Positions 51,855-61,742 of a DNA stretch of 64,000 nt are shown piece after piece. The translations under genes and the position numbers were made by a program. Numbering within the stretch: the stretch's first letter is position 1; the number at the start of each line of letters is the position of its first letter. Source of the stretch: a virus. Taxonomy: Duplodnaviria > Caudoviricetes. The notes under the pieces are model-generated. The model made no database searches. It was not told the origin of the DNA and worked only from the letters and a program-made list of their open reading frames with translations. The stretch lies in IMG/VR virus record IMGVR_UViG_2862465376_000001, positions 92,950 to 156,949 of that record; one strand, given 5' to 3'.

Positions 51855-52046
51855 TCGGATGAGCCACCCGCGCCGACCGCGCCGACCGAAGAGGCCCGGA
51901 CGCCCGCACTAGGGCCGACGGCCAAGACAGGAGAGGAGTCGCCTAGACGGCAGCCATGGCGGGGAAGAACGGGGCAGGAGACAGGGCTACGCGCCCGCTC
52001 CTGCCCCGTTCGCGTGCCCGGAAAAGATCTTCAGCGAATCGCTTCC

Positions 52047-52071
52047 TATGCACATCGATATGCATTACGTT
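52047..52071 (+). promoter_or_regulatory. Palindromic operator/promoter, copy 4
   Basis: TATGCACATCGATATGCATT then -10 TACGTT. Confidence 0.8.
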
Positions 52072-52114
52072 GGTGTCGTTCCCGCCAAGGACACCCACCA
52101 CAAGGAGCGCCACC

Positions 52115-54166
52115 ATGGGCAAGAAGCTCAGTGAGCCGATGATCCGCACCATCCGCACGGCCTACGAGACCGGCGCCGACGCCGAGGGCCGGTTCGAGGT
52201 CGCCCCCGGTTCGGCCAACCCCCGCACCGTCGAGGCGCTGAAGTCGCGCGGCATGGCCGAACTGGGGGAGGTCGTCACCGTCCGCGATTACGAGACGCGC
52301 AAGCCCGTGCGCACCGTCACCCGCACCTACCTCACCGCCGACGCCGTCGCCCTGGTCCGCGAGATGAACGGCGAGACGGCCGAGGAGTCCCCGGCTGTCG
52401 TCGACCGGGTTAAGGCGGCGGAGGCTCACGCGGCCACCCTGATCACCGACGACGGCGAGCGTTTCCGCCCCGTGGAGCACATCGCGCCGGGATGGCAGAT
52501 CCGGCAGGCCGACGGCTCATGGAAGACCGTAGAGAAGACGAACGTTAGGAATGGCCCGAACTGCGTGGTGCGTGTCGACTTCACCGACGGTGCTACCGAT
52601 GATCTGCCCACTCACACCGAGGCGTACAGCCGCATGCACGCGCCCGCCGACGTCTCGCCGATCGAGCTGGAGCCGGTCATGTACACCCGTATGACGGGGG
52701 CGTACGGGATTGGTTGGGCGCTGCGGGTGTGCGACGACAACCGCGCTTCCGTCCGCGACGCGATCGCCCGCGCCCGGAAGCGTGGCAACGACGTCACCGT
52801 GTGGGACAACGGCGTGATCCAAGTCAACGGCGCCGGAAAGATCCATCACAGCTACAACGACGCGGGCAAGCCGTGCCCGGTCTGGTTCCTTCCGCAGCGC
52901 CCGGCCGCCGAGGAGCCCCCGGCCGCCGGTAACGAGTGCGACGAGTGCGGCGAGGCCATCCCGGACACGGCCGCCAGCATGGCCAACCCCCACCACGCCC
53001 AGACGTGCTCCCTGTACGAGGAGTCCCCGGCCGCCGACGGGCACCGTGCACTTATGGAGGCGGGGCACGCCCAGCTCGGCGCGCTGGCAAAGAAGTGGAG
53101 CGCGGCCGTGGACGCCGCCACGGCCCCGGCCGCCGACAAGGGCATGCCGTCGGGTGCGCACCGCATCACGAACACGGGCGAGAGCATCGAGGGCGGCACC
53201 GCGTACGCCTTCACCTGCTCGCGCTGCGACCAGCGGGCCACCCTGGTCGGGTTCGACTCGCTCAAGTGCACGCCGACGGCGGAGCGCGACCACGCCCGAG
53301 AGCGCGCCGATGGCCTGCTGAGCGACGTCACGTTCGAGGGCGCAACCGCCTACGCGCTCACGTCGCCGGACCGCTTCAGCGGTGAGCCGTCCACGCGCAC
53401 CGTGCTCCGTGGTGAGGCGCGCGAGGCGCTCGCCCTGTGGCTGGACGCCGGAGCGCCGCACACCTGGGGGCGCGGCGAGTTGCGGGTGCGGTGCTTCCAG
53501 GGCGATCACACGATTCAGCCCGTCGTCACCGCCGGTGCGGTGATCCGCACCGGCGCCGATGTGGTGGAGCTGTCCCGCGAGCCGTGGCGCGGCGGTCAGG
53601 TCTGCGGCCATCAGACCCAGTACGGCATGGGCGCGTACAGCGAGCGCTACTGCGGCAAGCGCAAGGCGCCGGGTCTGGTGGAGTGCCGCGAGCACTACGA
53701 CGACACCCTTTCGAACTACGGTCCCCGTGCGCTGCGTCAGGCCATCGCGTCGGGTGTCGCCGTCGGTGACCCGTCCGCGCCCGTGGTGCTGCTGTGGGAG
53801 CCGTACGAGGGTGACGTGCCCGAGGAGCCGACCGAGGAGGAGCGGGCCGCGTACGCCGCCGCCACGGGCGCCCCGGCCGCCGTCGAGGACCCGGCCACGC
53901 CCGCCGACGCGCCCGCGTCCGCGAGCATCCTGGACGTGTCCGAGCATGCCGCCGGGGCGCTTGCCGAGGACGTCACGCCTCACCGTGACCGACTCACGGT
54001 GCGGGTGGTGCGCGGGATGGACGACAACGTGACCACGGAAGAGCGGGCGTTCGTGGTGGGCATGGTGGCGTGCCTGATGCGGGCGGGCGCCCGCTACACC
54101 CGTACCGATGAGTCCCTGGTGCTGCGCCACGACGACGAGACGGTGACGGTGTCCCTGGCGGCATAG
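52115..54166 (+). CDS. Large mosaic hypothetical protein
   Basis: AAGGAG RBS; several CxxC modules. Confidence 0.7.
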   Translation: MGKKLSEPMIRTIRTAYETGADAEGRFEVAPGSANPRTVEALKSRGMAELGEVVTVRDYETRKPVRTVTRTYLTADAVALVREMNGETAEESPAVVDRVKAAEAHAATLITDDGERFRPVEHIAPGWQIRQADGSWKTVEKTNVRNGPNCVVRVDFTDGATDDLPTHTEAYSRMHAPADVSPIELEPVMYTRMTGAYGIGWALRVCDDNRASVRDAIARARKRGNDVTVWDNGVIQVNGAGKIHHSYNDAGKPCPVWFLPQRPAAEEPPAAGNECDECGEAIPDTAASMANPHHAQTCSLYEESPAADGHRALMEAGHAQLGALAKKWSAAVDAATAPAADKGMPSGAHRITNTGESIEGGTAYAFTCSRCDQRATLVGFDSLKCTPTAERDHARERADGLLSDVTFEGATAYALTSPDRFSGEPSTRTVLRGEAREALALWLDAGAPHTWGRGELRVRCFQGDHTIQPVVTAGAVIRTGADVVELSREPWRGGQVCGHQTQYGMGAYSERYCGKRKAPGLVECREHYDDTLSNYGPRALRQAIASGVAVGDPSAPVVLLWEPYEGDVPEEPTEEERAAYAAATGAPAAVEDPATPADAPASASILDVSEHAAGALAEDVTPHRDRLTVRVVRGMDDNVTTEERAFVVGMVACLMRAGARYTRTDESLVLRHDDETVTVSLAA

Positions 54167-54246
54167 AGCGGGAGCGCCCGGGGGCGGGAGTCGTCGGCCC
54201 GCCCCCGGGCGCTCGTCCTCCGAAGATCCTTCCCCGGACGACTTTC

Positions 54247-54271
54247 AATGCACATCCATATGCATTAGTCT
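54247..54271 (+). promoter_or_regulatory. Palindromic operator/promoter, copy 5
   Basis: AATGCACATCCATATGCATT then -10 TAGTCT. Confidence 0.85.
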
Positions 54272-54309
54272 GGCGGTCCCGCCGAGGACGACAGCACGAG
54301 GAGCACACC

Positions 54310-55497
54310 ATGACCGACACCACCGTAAAGATCCATTTCGAGGAGGAGCCCTGCGGCCGTTGCAACGGCACCGGGCGGTACTCCTACAACCAGCGTGACG
54401 GTCACGTGTGCTGGGGATGCTCCGGCAAGAAGGTGCGCCTTTCCCGCCGGGGGAAGACCGCGTTCGAGGCGTACGAAAAGGCGCTCGCCGACTCGGCCGC
54501 GACCGTGGCCGTCCGCGACGTCAAGCCCGGTATGCGCATCATGTCCCAGGCGCACGGCGGCGTGGCGGGCAACAAGCCGTGGGACTACAAGGCGGCATGG
54601 CGCACGGTGGCCACGGTGGAGGTGACCGAGTACACCGGGCGAGGCGTCGAGAACGACAGGTATGTCGACGTGCCGTGTGTGCGCGCCGAGATCGCGTTCG
54701 AGGACGGGAAGTCGTGGACGGCGGAGTCGTCCGACCACCCCGCCTACTGGAACAAGGGCGCTTTCCACACCATCTACACCACCCTCGCACTCACCGTTGG
54801 CGGTCCCGAAGCACAGGCCGCCCGCGAGGAGGCACGCCGCGCAATCGCCCGCCGTTTCAAGGGCGCGTGGCTGGACGGCGAGGAGCCCCCGGTGCCGCCC
54901 GCGCCGCGCAAGCCCAAGAGCAAGGCGCGCAAGCCCCTGCCTGCCAACCTGTACCCCGGGCAGTGCTGGCTCTGCGAGACCCTCGTGCCCACCGGTGAGG
55001 GTGAGCGGTTCAAGCCGGAGGGGGACACTCAGTGGAAGGTTCAGCACAAGCCGGGTGAGTGCCCCCAGGAGCGCCAGGAGCCGAAGGAGGCACCCGCGCC
55101 CGCCCCGAAGGCGCCGCAGCGCGAGGAGCGCCCGGCCATGCCGAACAAGTACGCGGGAGAGTGCGCGCTCTGCGGAGTCCTGGTCGAGGCGGAGAAGGGG
55201 GAGCGCATCCGCGTCGAGGGCACGTGGGCCGCCCGGCACCCCAAGGGTGAGTGCCCGCCGCCCCCCGGCCCGGCCGCCGACGGCACGCCTGCCGTCCTGA
55301 TCACCCGGCACAAGCTGTACCCGGAAGTCGCCCGGCGTGGTCCGGCGTGGCGGTGGACCTACGACTACGCCGTGAACGGCGCCGCCGCGATCGGGTACGG
55401 CACGGGTCTCGAATCGCTGCGCGACATGCTGCGCAGTAAGTACGGCCGCCGGGTGCGCATCGTGGAGGGGTGGAAGACGGCGGTGCCCGCCGACTGA
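54310..55497 (+). CDS. Zn-finger-rich hypothetical protein
   Basis: CGRCNGTG..CWGCSG; two N(L/K)Y(P/A)GxCxxC..GE..H...C repeats. Confidence 0.7.
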   Translation: MTDTTVKIHFEEEPCGRCNGTGRYSYNQRDGHVCWGCSGKKVRLSRRGKTAFEAYEKALADSAATVAVRDVKPGMRIMSQAHGGVAGNKPWDYKAAWRTVATVEVTEYTGRGVENDRYVDVPCVRAEIAFEDGKSWTAESSDHPAYWNKGAFHTIYTTLALTVGGPEAQAAREEARRAIARRFKGAWLDGEEPPVPPAPRKPKSKARKPLPANLYPGQCWLCETLVPTGEGERFKPEGDTQWKVQHKPGECPQERQEPKEAPAPAPKAPQREERPAMPNKYAGECALCGVLVEAEKGERIRVEGTWAARHPKGECPPPPGPAADGTPAVLITRHKLYPEVARRGPAWRWTYDYAVNGAAAIGYGTGLESLRDMLRSKYGRRVRIVEGWKTAVPAD

Positions 55498-55556
55498 CCT
55501 TGTCCCTGCGCCCGGCCCGCCCGCCGGGCGCCGTGGGACGGATTCCTGACACCCGC

Positions 55557-55586
55557 TAGACAATGCATATCGATATGCATTAGCTT
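55557..55586 (+). promoter_or_regulatory. Palindromic operator/promoter, copy 6 (perfect palindrome)
   Basis: TAGACA-ATGCATATCGATATGCAT-TAGCTT. Confidence 0.85.
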
Positions 55587-55625
55587 GGTCCCCGTACCCG
55601 CCGAGAACGACCACAGGAGCACACG

Positions 55626-56459
55626 ATGACGAACACCACGATGCGCCTGCCCGCTGACACCCCGGACAACGCGGCGGCCGTCTCCGCCCGGTTCGCCGCC
55701 GTTCAGTCTGGCCAGAACCCCCAGAAGGACAAGATCATGACCGACCAGGAAAGCGCCTCCCACTCTTCCGCGACGTTCGCCGCCGCCCAGCGCCCCGCCC
55801 CGGCCGCCGACAGCAACCCCGAGCACTACGTGACCGTGAACGACGGCACCCGCATGGCGAACGCCCTGGGCCCGTACCTCACCGACGACGACGCCCGCGC
55901 CAACCTCCCCCGCGTCCGTGCCTTCCTGAACGCCAACGACACGAACGCCGACGCGTACGAGTACGGCACCTTCCGCGTCCGCAGCTACGGCCGCACCCTG
56001 GGACCGGGCAGGCTCAACGACCGCATCGGACTGCACGCCGCCGAGGAACCCACCTACACCATCGAGGTCACCACGCGCGTGGTGAGCACCGAAGCCGAGG
56101 AGTGCGCCTACGCGGCCGAGGACGACCACGACTGCACGGGCGATTGCCTGTCGCTGGACGGGGACGTGCGAGAGCTGGAGGAGCCCAGCACCGAGGAGAT
56201 CGCCGCCGACGCGGACGACCTGGAGGCGCACGACGGGGACCCGGTCGCCTGGGCCGCCGACTACATCCGCTCCAAGACCGACGCGACCGAGGTGTCTTCC
56301 AGCCCCATCGGAGACACGGCGCGCGAACACGAGTGGCTGTCCGGCACCTACACCGACCCGCACAACAACGCCAAGGAGACGCACACCACCGTGCGCCTCA
56401 CGGGCGACTGGACCGAGGAGCAGCGCGCCCGGGTGTTCACCGCCGCCACCACGTTCTAG
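55626..56459 (+). CDS. Acidic hypothetical protein
   Basis: AGGAG RBS. Confidence 0.65.
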   Translation: MTNTTMRLPADTPDNAAAVSARFAAVQSGQNPQKDKIMTDQESASHSSATFAAAQRPAPAADSNPEHYVTVNDGTRMANALGPYLTDDDARANLPRVRAFLNANDTNADAYEYGTFRVRSYGRTLGPGRLNDRIGLHAAEEPTYTIEVTTRVVSTEAEECAYAAEDDHDCTGDCLSLDGDVRELEEPSTEEIAADADDLEAHDGDPVAWAADYIRSKTDATEVSSSPIGDTAREHEWLSGTYTDPHNNAKETHTTVRLTGDWTEEQRARVFTAATTF

Positions 56460-56528
56460 CCAACCCCCACGGGGCGCCGGGCCACCACATCCGCCCGGCG
56501 CCCCCGCCGACCGCCCAGGAGCGCCCCC

Positions 56529-56837
56529 ATGGACATCACCCCCGACAACGACCTGATTACCTATCTCGCCCGGGGTGCCATTACGGGGGAGCGCCCGGAG
56601 TTCACCATCACGTTCGGCGCCGGGGGCACGTACGTCGCCACCCGGTATGAGTGCCGGTTCACGTACAGCGGCGGCAAGTGGCTCGCCAACAGCATCAGCA
56701 TCACCGGCGCCGCCAGGAAGGCGGACGGCACCGTCGGCCGCCGCACGCGAGACGTGCTCTTCGTCCTCTCCGCCGACGACACCCCCGACTGGGCGGGACC
56801 GCTCGTCGACCGCATCCGCGCCACCATCGCCCTCTGA
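56529..56837 (+). CDS. Hypothetical protein
   Basis: AGGAG RBS. Confidence 0.6.
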   Translation: MDITPDNDLITYLARGAITGERPEFTITFGAGGTYVATRYECRFTYSGGKWLANSISITGAARKADGTVGRRTRDVLFVLSADDTPDWAGPLVDRIRATIAL

Positions 56838-56862
56838 CCGCCGACCCCGCCGAGGAGCAGCA

Positions 56863-57234
56863 GTGAGCACCGCAGACAAGCCCAAGAGCTACACCTTCAC
56901 CGCCCAGACCTACGGGGAGAACGGCGGGTACGTGGAGAAGACGTTCACGGTCGAGGGCCCGCTGTACCACGGGGGCGGCCGACGGCTCCGTGAGGGCGCA
57001 CAACTCACCGCCGGGCGCCGCACCAACCCGTGGGGCGACGAGGGGCCCAGGAGCCGCTACGTCCACTTCACCACGCGCTTGGACGTCGCCGCCGCCTACG
57101 CCAGACAGAGCGGCGGCCACGTGTACGTCGTGGAGCCCACGGGGGACTTCACCATCGGCTACAGCGGCGAGGAGTACAAGAGCGTTCACCCGCTCACTGT
57201 CGTGAGGCGGCTTGCCCCCGCCGACTGGCAGTAG
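56863..57234 (+). CDS. Arr-like ADP-ribosyltransferase
   Basis: GPLYHG..L..G..L..G...VHFTT..AAAYA..VYVVEPTGDF...YKS..PLTVV parallels rifampin ART Arr. Confidence 0.7.
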   Translation: MSTADKPKSYTFTAQTYGENGGYVEKTFTVEGPLYHGGGRRLREGAQLTAGRRTNPWGDEGPRSRYVHFTTRLDVAAAYARQSGGHVYVVEPTGDFTIGYSGEEYKSVHPLTVVRRLAPADWQ

Positions 57235-57240
57235 GCCCGC

Positions 57241-57262
57241 TGTCAGACCCGTCCGCTAGACC
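57241..57262 (+). promoter_or_regulatory. Second possible PafBC-type motif
   Basis: TGTCAG-N10-TAGACC, intergenic, last base deviates from consensus. Confidence 0.4.
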
Positions 57263-57308
57263 AGTCACCACCACACCGCATCATCATCCCGCCGAGGAGA
57301 CACAGACC

Positions 57309-58657
57309 ATGAACATCACTACCGGCTACGGCTCGTGGGTCAACCACGGTGACCGAGACAACGTGAGCGTGGAAGCCAGCATCGCCGACGCCGTGTCCGG
57401 CGGCCCGCGCGATTGGCTGGAGCGCATGGAGGAGTCGGGCGCGTTCGACCGGATCGCCGCCGACTACCGCACTGCCATCGATGAGGCGCTCCCCCGGGGG
57501 ATCTCCATCTCTGGGAACGAGTTCATCGGACTCCACCAGACGGACCCCGACTACACCGACGCGATCGGCGACTTCGACATCGCTCACGCGATTTGCGGTA
57601 TCGACTTGCAGGAGATCATCGAGCGCCACGACGTGGACGCCACGCCCGGCAACAAGCAGCGCCACATGCGCGACAGCGCCATGACTGCTCTGTACCGGGC
57701 ACTGGCCGCCGCCGGACTGAACCCCCTGACCAGTGTGGATCACGTCGTCACGCCGGGGTGGACGGTTGTCTACCGGACCGACGCCACCACGCCCGCCGTG
57801 TGGGACGCGTACACCGACCGCCAGGCCCCCGCGCCCGGCCGGTACCGCGAGCAGGTCTCCGAACGTCTCATGACCACGGATGAGGTGGTGTCCATGCTCG
57901 CGCCCGCCGACGACGCCACGCCCCTGGGCGAAATGGGGACCGACGACCTCTTGGAGGTGCTCCGCGCCCACGTGGGGGAGCTGCCCGAGGGGAGCACGTT
58001 CGCCGCCGCGTGGAATCTCATGGACCGCATCCTGACCGACGGGGGTATCGAGTGCCTGCCCGCCCCGTGGGACGGCTACGGCGACCACGCGCCCGAGGGG
58101 GCCGACGACGAGACCCGCGCCAACCTCAACGCGCGCTTCCTCCCGCAGGATCCCCACGACGAGAACACTCGCCCGGCCGTGGAGATTGGCACGGCGCACG
58201 TGTACACCTACCGCGACGCCGGGAAGCTGATCGTGAGCGTGGAGACCGTCGAGGACGACACGATGCCGGTGGAGTTCAGCGTGAACGGGAAGACGGTGCA
58301 CGAGGGATGAGCGCTCCAGACGCGGGGGCCACCTTCGAACACGAGGGGCACACGTACCGCGTGGACGGATGGCTGAAGCGTATGGCGCCGCCGGAGCCGC
58401 CAGGGGGCCAGCGCTCCCCGTTCGCAGACATCCTCGGAGAGCTGCTCTACGAGACTCAGCAGCGCACCGGCCCGGACAGGGAGCGGCTCGTGTTCTGCAC
58501 CCAGGATGAGGCGGAGTACGTGAGCGGCTACGGGGTCGCCGGGTGCATCGTGCGCGTGAGGGACGTGAGGGTGACGGGGATGGTGGCCTGGAGTCCTGAG
58601 GAGATCAGGAAGCATCAGGAACGGGCCGTGCGCATGGCGGGTCTCACGGTGGGATAA
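57309..58657 (+). CDS. Two coupled hypothetical genes (57309-58310, 58307-58657)
   Basis: GAGGAG RBS, ATGA overlap. Confidence 0.6.
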
Positions 58658-58882
58658 CCCAGGGGCAGCAGAGCAGTGGAGGCAGGGGCAGGACAGCGAT
58701 CCCGCCCCTGCCTTTATGTAGTGGTTGGTACAGATATCGGGTGAGTCCACCACCCTGGAGACGGGTGCGAATGCGGGCCGGGCCTGCGCTGCCTCGCGTG
58801 CGTGCACGAGGGGGCGGCCGACGGGGCGCAGCGGCGGGGGTGTGGCGGGGGCCGGGGGAAGGATCTTGGCCGTTCGGCTTCC

Positions 58883-58907
58883 AATGCATATCGATATGCA
58901 TTAGGGT
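58883..58907 (+). promoter_or_regulatory. Palindromic operator/promoter, copy 7 (perfect palindrome)
   Basis: AATGCATATCGATATGCATT then -10 TAGGGT. Confidence 0.85.
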
Positions 58908-58953
58908 CGCGGGAGTACCCGCCAAGAACGACAGCAGCAACGAGGAGCACCGA

Positions 58954-60387
58954 ATGATCGAGATCAAGCGCAAGCCGACCCCCCGCCAGGTCGAAGCGCT
59001 GCGTACCGCCCTGGACAACGAGGACGGCATCGTGGAGGTGAGCGCCGACAAGCGCACTCACGAGGGTCTGGTGGGCCGTGGGCTGGCCGACTGGAAGCAC
59101 GGGAGCGAGCTGGGGCGTAGCGTCCATGCGCTGACGTACTGCGTGATCACGGACGCGGGCCGGGCGTACCTGGCCAAGCTGGACGGCACCGTGCACGAGA
59201 CCGCGCACGACGTGATGTTTCTGGACGCTGAGCGTCAGTTCCGTCACGCCGACCGTTCCCACGGTGCCTACATGAGCGCTGGGGACAACGCGGACGAGAC
59301 CGCCCGTGAGGAAGGGTTCGGGCGGTACACGGAACGCTGGTACCAGGTGGTCATGTCGTCGTACGCGTCGCTGATCGATGACGGGGCGTGGGTGGAGCCG
59401 ACCCCGGCGGCCGTGGAGGCGCAGCCGACCGAGGAGCGCCCGGCGGTCGGTGTGGGGCGCATCGTTGCGGAGTTGGACGCGCTGAACCGTGAGGTGGAGG
59501 CGGGCAGGCGTGAGCGGGAGATCATCACCGATCGGAACGGCGTGCGATGGTACGAGGGTTGGGACGGGATCTTTCGTGACGGCTACGGTGCTGCGGTGCC
59601 GCGCGCCCTTGTCTCCGTGAACGCGGCTGAGGCGCAGCAGCGCGAGGGGCGTCCGAGCGTGGCGCAGTGCGATGTGCACGCGTGTGGTGGGTGCTCGTAC
59701 GACTGCTGTGCGCCGGTGGAGACGTTCACGGCGGTGCGGGAGGGGTCGGGTACTCAGGTGAACGCGTGCCGTGCGTGCATCCGTGTGCATGGTCTGGCGG
59801 TTGTGGACGGGTGGACGGGTGAGCGGGTGGCGCTTCCGGCCGTGGGGGCGCAGCAGGAGTCCGTGAGCGCCCCGGCGGTCGTGGAGGGTGAGGGGCAGCA
59901 GTACGGCGGGATCACGCGTGAGGACGTGGCGAACGGCAACGGTCCGGCGGAGGCGTTGTGGCGTGCGGGACAGTTCTTCCGTATGTACGACGCGCGGCAG
60001 CAGCGGGAGGCGTCCCAGGGGGCCGTGGAGCGCCCGGGAGCGTCGTCGGTGGCCGTGGAGTCGCAGGAGTGCCGGGAGGGCGCTGAGGGGGGCGTGTGGG
60101 CGCTGCACACGGCGGGGACGCCGGACCGTAGTGAGGCGGACGGGCAGGCTGTTGCGTGGGCGCTGGTGGGCGGTGGCGCCCGGGGGTATGCGGAGACGCT
60201 CACTACGGTGTGGGACGACGTGGAGCCGGGGCCGACGGGGTACGTGGCGGGCGTGGAGGAGGTGCGGGCGGCCGTGGCGGCTTTCGTGTGTGGGTTTGGT
60301 CGCCGTGTGGAGACGGACGGGCGTGGCGGTATTCGTCTGGTGGGGCGTGGGGGTGGGGTGCGGGTGCTGCGCCCGGCGTGGGTGTAG
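58954..60387 (+). CDS. Hypothetical protein, G/T-skewed coding strand
   Basis: GAGGAG RBS downstream of the palindrome promoter. Confidence 0.6.
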   Translation: MIEIKRKPTPRQVEALRTALDNEDGIVEVSADKRTHEGLVGRGLADWKHGSELGRSVHALTYCVITDAGRAYLAKLDGTVHETAHDVMFLDAERQFRHADRSHGAYMSAGDNADETAREEGFGRYTERWYQVVMSSYASLIDDGAWVEPTPAAVEAQPTEERPAVGVGRIVAELDALNREVEAGRREREIITDRNGVRWYEGWDGIFRDGYGAAVPRALVSVNAAEAQQREGRPSVAQCDVHACGGCSYDCCAPVETFTAVREGSGTQVNACRACIRVHGLAVVDGWTGERVALPAVGAQQESVSAPAVVEGEGQQYGGITREDVANGNGPAEALWRAGQFFRMYDARQQREASQGAVERPGASSVAVESQECREGAEGGVWALHTAGTPDRSEADGQAVAWALVGGGARGYAETLTTVWDDVEPGPTGYVAGVEEVRAAVAAFVCGFGRRVETDGRGGIRLVGRGGGVRVLRPAWV

Positions 60388-60496
60388 GTGCGGATTTAGT
60401 TGTCTGCCCGTAGGGGGCGTGCCACGGATTTCGTTGTGGTGCGCCCCTGTGGCTGCGGATTCCGTCGACTTGATTTGTTTGGGCCCTTCCCGCCCC

Positions 60497-60521
60497 CATG
60501 CATATCCATATGCATTAGGCT
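60497..60521 (+). promoter_or_regulatory. Palindromic operator/promoter, copy 8
   Basis: CATGCATATCCATATGCATT then -10 TAGGCT. Confidence 0.8.
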
Positions 60522-60560
60522 GGGGCCCTGCCCCGCCGAGAACGCACCGAGGAGCCCACG

Positions 60561-61652
60561 ATGACCACCACCACCCGCCGCCCCCTCCGCAAGAGCGACG
60601 TATCCCGCATGATCGGCCGCATCCTCGGCAAGCAGCACCGCAGCGCCGCCCACGGCTGGGACGTCATCGACGAGGGCACCGGCCCGGTCATCACCCTCAA
60701 CTACGGCGACAACGACCGCGACCTCGACGCATACCGCAAGATCGCAACCGCCCTCGACGGCCGCTACACCCTCACCTACACGGCCACCTGCGCCGACTAC
60801 AGCTACCTGCCCGACGACTACGCCTACTGCGCCATGGCCGACATCCGCCGCACCCCCGCCCCCGCCGCCCAGGAAGAGACCCCCGTGCCCGACACCACGC
60901 CCACCGTGTCCATCACCCTCCCCGCCCCCTTCTGCGCCTGGTTCGACGGCACCAGCCTCGCCCTCGGGCACGACGACGCCGACCCCGACTGCAAGGCGCT
61001 GCGCCTCGCCTACGAAGCAGCCGCCACCCGCAAGACCGCCCAGGGCCGGTCCGCCAAGATCATCACCAGCAACCCCGACATCCTGAAAACGATCACTGAG
61101 TACGCCGAGACCCTTGCCGACGCCGCCTACGACGACGCCAACGACGAAACCGCAGGCGCCGACCAGACCGCCGCCGCGCAGCGCGACCTTGACGCCGCCC
61201 ACACCGTCAAGCAGCGCGCCACCACCGCCCGCCGCGAACTCCGCGCCGCCCTCACCGCCCACCAGGCGCAGCAGGCCCCCCAGCAGCCCGCCACGGCCGC
61301 CCAGGAGACCGAGGAGCCCGCCGACGACGACACCCACACCCCCCGCACCATCACCGCCCCCGTCGTCGCCCACGTCGAGTGGTCCGAGACGGTAGCGGGC
61401 CACCACAACGGCACGATGACCTTCCCCAACGGCGCCACCTACAAGGTCACCCACATTGAGCACGCCACGCCCGCCCGGGGCGCCCTCGCCGACCACGTCG
61501 CCCACGACCCCACCGCCGACGCGGGCCCCGCCCGCCGCGTCGCCCGCACCTGGGGCCTGGACGCCCTGGCCGCCGACTGCGCCCGCCACGCCGGATACAC
61601 CGGCCCCGTCACCATCGAGCAGACCGGCGCGCACCGCCTCACCCGCCGCTAG
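60561..61652 (+). CDS. Hypothetical protein
   Basis: GAGGAG RBS. Confidence 0.65.
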   Translation: MTTTTRRPLRKSDVSRMIGRILGKQHRSAAHGWDVIDEGTGPVITLNYGDNDRDLDAYRKIATALDGRYTLTYTATCADYSYLPDDYAYCAMADIRRTPAPAAQEETPVPDTTPTVSITLPAPFCAWFDGTSLALGHDDADPDCKALRLAYEAAATRKTAQGRSAKIITSNPDILKTITEYAETLADAAYDDANDETAGADQTAAAQRDLDAAHTVKQRATTARRELRAALTAHQAQQAPQQPATAAQETEEPADDDTHTPRTITAPVVAHVEWSETVAGHHNGTMTFPNGATYKVTHIEHATPARGALADHVAHDPTADAGPARRVARTWGLDALAADCARHAGYTGPVTIEQTGAHRLTRR

Positions 61653-61742
61653 GCAGCCCCACACGGGCCCGGCCGGACCGTCACCCCGGCCGGGCCCCCA
61701 CAACCCGCCACACACCCACCCAGACCCCCTGGAGCGCCCCGC

